From an uncultured Lachnoclostridium sp. (lineage in GTDB: Bacteria > Bacillota > Clostridia > Lachnospirales > Lachnospiraceae): a stretch of DNA of 64,000 bases. The notes beneath the pieces are model-generated. The model saw nothing but the letters and a program-made list of their open reading frames with translations. It ran no database searches and was not told where the DNA came from. Numbering within the stretch: position 1 is the stretch's first letter; every line of letters begins with the position of its first letter. Positions 58,259 to 64,000 of the stretch are shown here, piece after piece. A program made the translations under genes and the position numbers. The stretch lies in contig CALZFY010000002.1 in the NCBI GenBank assembly GCA_945786935.1, forward strand, positions 3,502-67,501, in the 5' to 3' direction.

Positions 58259-59119
58259 ATGGCGTCAATGAGAGAAATCAAACGGCGTAAGAGCAGTATT
58301 ACCAGTACCCAGCAGATTACCAAAGCCATGAAATTAGTGTCCACCGTAAAGCTGCAGAGGGCAAAGGGTAAAGCGGAAGCTACCAAACCGTATTTTGACT
58401 GCATGTATGATACCGTTGCCAAGATGCTTTCCAGGTCCGGAAATATCGATCATCCTTATCTGAAATCAGGAGCTTCCTCAAAAAAGGCAGTCATTGCCAT
58501 TACCTCTAACAGAGGTCTGGCCGGCGGTTACAATAACAACATTGTAAAGCTCATTGCCGGAAGCGAGGAACTGCCCAGGGAGAGCTGTGAGATTTATGCC
58601 CTTGGAAAAAAAGGACGGGATGGTCTTAGTAGCAAAGGCTATGAGATCGCACAGGATCTTTCGGAGGTTATGAATGGTCCCATGTTTTCAGATGCGAAGG
58701 AACTTTGTACGACTCTTCTGGAACGATTTGAAAAGGGCGAGATCGGTGAAATTTATCTTGCCTACACCGTATTTAAAAATACAGTGACTCATGTGCCGAC
58801 ACTCATAAAGCTTTTACCGGTGGAAATGAATGCCGGTGAGACGAAAGGAGAGGAAGATAGGACTCCCATGAATTATGAGCCGGATGAGGAAGAAACACTG
58901 GGAATGATCATTCCAAAATACGTCACGAGCCTGATCTACGGCGGGATGATGGAAGCTGTTGCCAGTGAAAATGGTGCCAGAATGCAGGCAATGGATTCAG
59001 CAACAAGCAATGCAGAAGAAATGATCCAGAAATTATCATTAGATTATAACAGAGCACGTCAGGGCTCTATTACACAGGAACTGACAGAAATTATTGCAGG
59101 TGCCCAGGCCATCAGCTAA
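58259..59119 (+). CDS. atpG: F0F1 ATP synthase subunit gamma
   Basis: MREIKRRKSSITSTQQITKAMKLVS N-terminus and ITQELTEIIAGA C-terminus. Confidence 0.93.
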   Translation: MASMREIKRRKSSITSTQQITKAMKLVSTVKLQRAKGKAEATKPYFDCMYDTVAKMLSRSGNIDHPYLKSGASSKKAVIAITSNRGLAGGYNNNIVKLIAGSEELPRESCEIYALGKKGRDGLSSKGYEIAQDLSEVMNGPMFSDAKELCTTLLERFEKGEIGEIYLAYTVFKNTVTHVPTLIKLLPVEMNAGETKGEEDRTPMNYEPDEEETLGMIIPKYVTSLIYGGMMEAVASENGARMQAMDSATSNAEEMIQKLSLDYNRARQGSITQELTEIIAGAQAIS

Positions 59120-59135
59120 GGGTATCGTCAATTAA

Positions 59136-60539
<1,404 letters not shown>

Positions 60540-60551
60540 GAGGTGGGCAGT

Positions 60552-60968
60552 ATGGCAGATGAAAGAGCATTTCGATTAAAGATCATTTCCCCGGACAGAG
60601 TATTCTATGAAGGGGAGGCAATCATGCTGGAGCTCAATACCACAGAAGGTCAGGTGGGTATTTATAAAAACCACGTACCCACCACCTATATTGTAGCTCC
60701 AGGAGTTATGACCATTACCGAAGAAGGCGGCAAAAAGGAAGCTGCCCTCCATTCCGGATTTATCCAGATTTTGCAGGAAGAGATCACAGTCCTTGCAGAA
60801 ACAGTGGAATGGCCGGAGGAAATTGACGAAAACCGTGCGAAGGAAGCACAGATCCGTGCAGAGCGTCTGTTGGCCATGTCGGATCCGAATATCAATGTTC
60901 AGAGAGCAGAGATGGCACTGCACCGTGCACTGACCCGTCAGGTTGTAAAACAGCATAAAAAATATTAA
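60552..60968 (+). CDS. atpC: F0F1 ATP synthase subunit epsilon
   Basis: Beta-sandwich plus helical hairpin. GAGGTGG precedes ATG 60552. Confidence 0.9.
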   Translation: MADERAFRLKIISPDRVFYEGEAIMLELNTTEGQVGIYKNHVPTTYIVAPGVMTITEEGGKKEAALHSGFIQILQEEITVLAETVEWPEEIDENRAKEAQIRAERLLAMSDPNINVQRAEMALHRALTRQVVKQHKKY

Positions 60969-60976
60969 AAAGATCA

Positions 60977-61035
60977 GAGGGACAGGAAGCATGGTTCACT
61001 TAGAAAGCGAATTATGCCACCTGTCCCTCCTTTGT
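60977..61035 (+). terminator. long hairpin after atpC (probable operon terminator)
   Basis: 10-bp stem GAGGGACAGG / CCTGTCCCTC with a 33-nt partly paired loop. The downstream T tract is weak. Confidence 0.5.
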
Positions 61036-61107
61036 ATTCGCTTGATTTATTCGACACAATCCTTCTAAATTTACATATAGTAATAAAAAAGGAATGGAAA
61101 AGGTTTT

Positions 61108-61488
61108 ATGTATTATCAGAAAATATATCTGCCCTTTGACGGAATGTACCCGGAAAAAGACTCCGGTTTGTTTGTATTTCCAAGAAATCAGGAAGAACAT
61201 GAGAGAGATAAAAAAAGAATCAGAAATATGTATCCCAAAGATGCCAAAAGGCTGGCACCTTATGTAGAGGAAGCCTGCGACCGCCTGGAATATGAAGGCG
61301 GGATCCTCTATGACGAATACCCTGATCAGCTGACCCTAAGGCTTCTTTGCAAGGATATCTGTAAACAGGTACAGACGGAAGATGATGCAGAGGATGTGCT
61401 TATGGATATCTGTCAGGTTTTGCTCTATCATGAAATGTACCTTCGCAGATGTAGAAGAAGAGAGCGTAGGAATCGGAGATTTTTTTGA
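61108..61488 (+). CDS. hypothetical small protein with Arg-rich C-terminal tail
   Basis: 126 aa ending YLRRCRRRERRNRRFF. AAGGAATGGAAAAGG lies upstream. No family recognised. Confidence 0.5.
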   Translation: MYYQKIYLPFDGMYPEKDSGLFVFPRNQEEHERDKKRIRNMYPKDAKRLAPYVEEACDRLEYEGGILYDEYPDQLTLRLLCKDICKQVQTEDDAEDVLMDICQVLLYHEMYLRRCRRRERRNRRFF

Positions 61489-61584
61489 TGCATGATCAAT
61501 GAATCACGGAACCGGTCCTCTTGTTCATCTTAAAATGTTTGGAGAAAGAGATCGTTCATTTTCCTGTGATTCTTCCAAGTCACA

Positions 61585-61747
61585 GCCCGGTGGATGATGG
61601 CTCCCTCACGCAGCGTTAAGCGGAGGAGCCGGAGAATCCGTCTTAGGACTTCTATGCGAAACAGGCTCTCCTGTGAGCATTTAGAGGTCCTTAGACTAGT
61701 CGCAGGGGACGGAGCCTGCGAAGTGAGGGAGCCATCATCCACCGGGC
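61585..61747. other. GC-rich structured element closed by a perfect 25-bp inverted repeat (candidate ncRNA or MITE-like element)
   Basis: GCCCGGTGGATGATGGCTCCCTCAC (61585-61609) is the exact reverse complement of 61723-61747. The 113-nt interior folds into a 57-nt hairpin (61640-61696) and smaller stems. The element is about 60% G+C by hand count. Confidence 0.6.
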
Positions 61748-61785
61748 GTCCCTTGAAAGAAAAAATAAGAAGAGTCCCCGTAGGA

Positions 61786-61815
61786 TTGACACCCGACGCT
61801 ATATATTGCTACAAT
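61786..61815 (+). promoter_or_regulatory. promoter of the methyltransferase gene
   Basis: TTGACA, an 18-nt spacer, then TACAAT. Confidence 0.6.
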
Positions 61816-61846
61816 AAAGTGAATTATTAGCATAAGGTTGAAAAAT

Positions 61847-63007
61847 ATGGAAAGATTAAAAAATATACTGGATGAGCAGTTAAACAAAGAGCTTAGCCGC
61901 ATCATCATCAGCAATCCAAGGCGGATGGCACTGGATCAGAAGATCACAATCCGTCCGGTACTGTTAAAGGACAAGCTGAATTTTCAGGTAACAAGGTATC
62001 GTGGAAAACAGGTATTCCATGAAAATATGGAAAAAGAAGCACTGATATCCTACATTACAGAGGAAATGGAACATTCCTTCGGACAGCTTGAGCTGGAGAG
62101 TCAGACAAAGTCTGTCCATGTGCTGGTAAGTAAGAAGGGAACCATCACCATCAAACAGAAGGCACAGAAAAAAGAGATGAAGCCTCAGGAGTTGTCCCAT
62201 AACCGGAAAAAACGATACATTCTGGAAGAAGGAGAAGCGATTCCCTTTCTGGTGGATCTTGGGGTATTTACCAAAGAAGGAAAGATCGTGCATTCCAGAT
62301 ATGACAAATTCCGCCAGATCAATCGCTTCCTGGAATTTATTGAGGACATTGCGGAAAGTCTTCCCAAAGGTAGAGAGCTTACCATTGTGGATTTTGGATG
62401 CGGGAAATCCTATCTTACCTTTGCCATGTACCATTATCTGAAGGTGATGAAGGATTTTGATATTCGTGTCATTGGTCTGGATTTAAAGGAAGACGTCATC
62501 GCCTATTGTAATGAATTAAAAGAAAGATATGGCTATGAAAAAATGTCCTTTACTACCGGTGACATCAAAGACTATACCGGTGTGAATGAAGTGGATATGG
62601 TGGTAACGCTCCATGCCTGTGATACAGCCACAGATTATGCTCTGGAAAAAGCCGTAAAATGGGGTGCAAAAGTCATCCTGTCTGTACTGTGCTGTCAGCA
62701 TGAGTTGAATTACCAGATTAAAAACGAAGAACTTTCTCCGGTGCTGAAATATGGTATTTTAAAAGAGCGAATTGCGGCGCTGGTGACAGACGGACTTCGT
62801 GCAGAGCTTTTAGAACAAAACGGCTATGATACCCAGGTGCTGGAATTTATTGATATGGAACATACTCCAAAGAATCTGTTGATCCGTGGGGTGAAAAATG
62901 AAAAAGCACCAAAAGCAGATTATTCAAAATATGAAGCATGCTGTAAGACACTTGAGGTGTCTCCAACACTTGGAACATTATTGAAAATAGACAGAGGCTT
63001 GATTTGA
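61847..63007 (+). CDS. class I SAM-dependent methyltransferase with an N-terminal accessory domain
   Basis: Motif I IVDFGCGKSYLT and motif II-IV context (DMVVTLHACDTATD). TTGACA-N18-TACAAT promoter upstream. Confidence 0.8.
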   Translation: MERLKNILDEQLNKELSRIIISNPRRMALDQKITIRPVLLKDKLNFQVTRYRGKQVFHENMEKEALISYITEEMEHSFGQLELESQTKSVHVLVSKKGTITIKQKAQKKEMKPQELSHNRKKRYILEEGEAIPFLVDLGVFTKEGKIVHSRYDKFRQINRFLEFIEDIAESLPKGRELTIVDFGCGKSYLTFAMYHYLKVMKDFDIRVIGLDLKEDVIAYCNELKERYGYEKMSFTTGDIKDYTGVNEVDMVVTLHACDTATDYALEKAVKWGAKVILSVLCCQHELNYQIKNEELSPVLKYGILKERIAALVTDGLRAELLEQNGYDTQVLEFIDMEHTPKNLLIRGVKNEKAPKADYSKYEACCKTLEVSPTLGTLLKIDRGLI

Positions 63008-64000
63008 AAAAGATTATTATTAAGATTATTACAATTGTATTTGCGTTTTTTCTCGGGATTTTCGCAACCAGCTATCTTTATAACAAGGGAAATCTGGATA
63101 TGACTGCCCATATGGCAGATGCCACATTGCCGGTGCTTATGTTTGAGCAGGATGGAGAATATGTGAATCCCTATTATGGGTATACCGCGCAGGTGGATGC
63201 ATCCTGTATGAGAAATGCCATTATGCCGTTGGATCAGGAAAGAGTTCTTACCTTTGGCTTTGAAAAATATAATGCAAAGATCAAAAAAGTCAGCTATGAG
63301 GTGCGTACTACCGACATGCAGCGCCTCATTCAGGATGGAGAAATTACTTCTCTGGAAAGCCGGGGACAATATGTCGTGGGGTCTGTCAAGGTAAAGGATC
63401 TTTTGGAAGACGGAACAGAGTATCTTCTGATCTTTCATGTGGATCTGGACAATTACGAGGATGTGCGGTATTTTGTGCGAATTAAAAACAGCTCCTATGA
63501 TCTGGTGAGGGACTGTCGTTCATTTGCAGAAGATTTTCATAATGCCACGCTAAATCCCAACAATGATTATCCAATCACCCAGTATCTGGAGACAGACATG
63601 TCAAAAAAGGTGAATTCCCTGGGATATGTGGATATACATTCAAAGTACAAGAAGGTGATCTGGGATGGGATGCCGGTGACAGAAAGTCAGGATCCATCGG
63701 TCAGTTTTCTGGAGCTGGAAAATGATGCTGTAGCCCTGAAAATGAATTATCAGGTAATTTATCAAAACGAGAACGGGGACAGCGAAAAGTATGCAGTAGA
63801 GGATTATTTCCGCATTAGAAAAACCAATGTGAGAATGTATCTTTTGGATTATGTCAGAACTACAGAGCGTATTTTTAACCAGGAGGATCATATCTTTGAG
63901 GAACAAAGTCTGAACCTTGGAATCCAGTGGGAAGATATTTCCTACATGGTCAATGAAGAAGGCAGTGTGGTTAATTTTACAGTGTCAGATGAACTGTGGA
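63004..64000 (+). CDS. hypothetical membrane-anchored protein, 3' end beyond window (absent from the supplied ORF track)
   Basis: Frame 1 is open from TTG 63004 to the window end (332 codons, read by hand, no stop). N-terminal TM helix KIITIVFAFFLGIFATSYLY. AGAGG lies 6 nt upstream, and the start overlaps the upstream TGA. Confidence 0.65.
   Translation, partial: MKKIIIKIITIVFAFFLGIFATSYLYNKGNLDMTAHMADATLPVLMFEQDGEYVNPYYGYTAQVDASCMRNAIMPLDQERVLTFGFEKYNAKIKKVSYEVRTTDMQRLIQDGEITSLESRGQYVVGSVKVKDLLEDGTEYLLIFHVDLDNYEDVRYFVRIKNSSYDLVRDCRSFAEDFHNATLNPNNDYPITQYLETDMSKKVNSLGYVDIHSKYKKVIWDGMPVTESQDPSVSFLELENDAVALKMNYQVIYQNENGDSEKYAVEDYFRIRKTNVRMYLLDYVRTTERIFNQEDHIFEEQSLNLGIQWEDISYMVNEEGSVVNFTVSDELW

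Noticed and set aside
61585-61747. The idea that the element is a retron msr/msd, 6S RNA, SRP RNA, tmRNA or RNase P RNA.
   Set aside because: - No reverse transcriptase gene is adjacent.
- It lacks the SRP domain IV motif, a tmRNA tag ORF with tRNA-like ends, and the RNase P P4 sequence.
- Its three-way interior does not match the single long bubble-containing helix of 6S RNA.

This rests on recall, not on a covariance search.
61530-61830. Track ORFs 61530-61742 (-) and 61594-61830 (+) across the GC-rich element.
   Set aside because: The translations are Arg/Ser/Pro-rich, as expected from GC-rich palindromic DNA. There is no Shine-Dalgarno site, and the two ORFs mirror each other through the inverted repeat.

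Overview
The window looks like a chromosomal segment of a spore-forming Firmicute of the Clostridia, Lachnospiraceae-like in gene content; this is inference only. Supporting signs are spoIIID, a SipL-like DUF3794/LysM protein, frequent GGAGG Shine-Dalgarno sites, and TTG/GTG starts. About 65 protein genes are supportable. Housekeeping blocks are cysK, greA, ddl-murF, plsC, ispE, murI, cls, and a complete atpZ-atpI-atpBEFHAGDC F1Fo operon. They alternate with carbohydrate islands: (1) an amino-sugar (GalNAc/GlcNAc-type) cluster with kbaZ, nagA, agaS, a split mannose-family PTS (EIIA apart from EIIB/C/D), nagB and an AraC regulator; (2) an L-fucose locus with an AraC regulator, fucI, a three-component sensor (AraC-type response regulator, YesM-type kinase, membrane-anchored binding protein), an ABC importer with two binding proteins, and fucU; (3) malQ and glgB; (4) eda and a distant dehydrogenase plus COG3618-type amidohydrolase pair that share a 69-nt upstream cis-module. 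I found no rRNA, tRNA, CRISPR array, transposase, integrase or recognisable defence gene. The features not explained by genes are: a 163-nt GC-rich element closed by a perfect 25-bp helix (61585-61747); a family of short interspersed repeats built on TTACTGT...ACAGTAA termini and a 34-nt core; a frameshift splitting a Cache-GGDEF gene; a direct-repeat array and leader hairpin ahead of the ABC operon; a promoter nested in a terminator at spoIIID; and a full Na+-binding signature in the ATP synthase c subunit. The supplied track misses one ORF that runs off the 3' window edge (63004-64000). All calls come from reading the sequence and from family recall. No searches were run.
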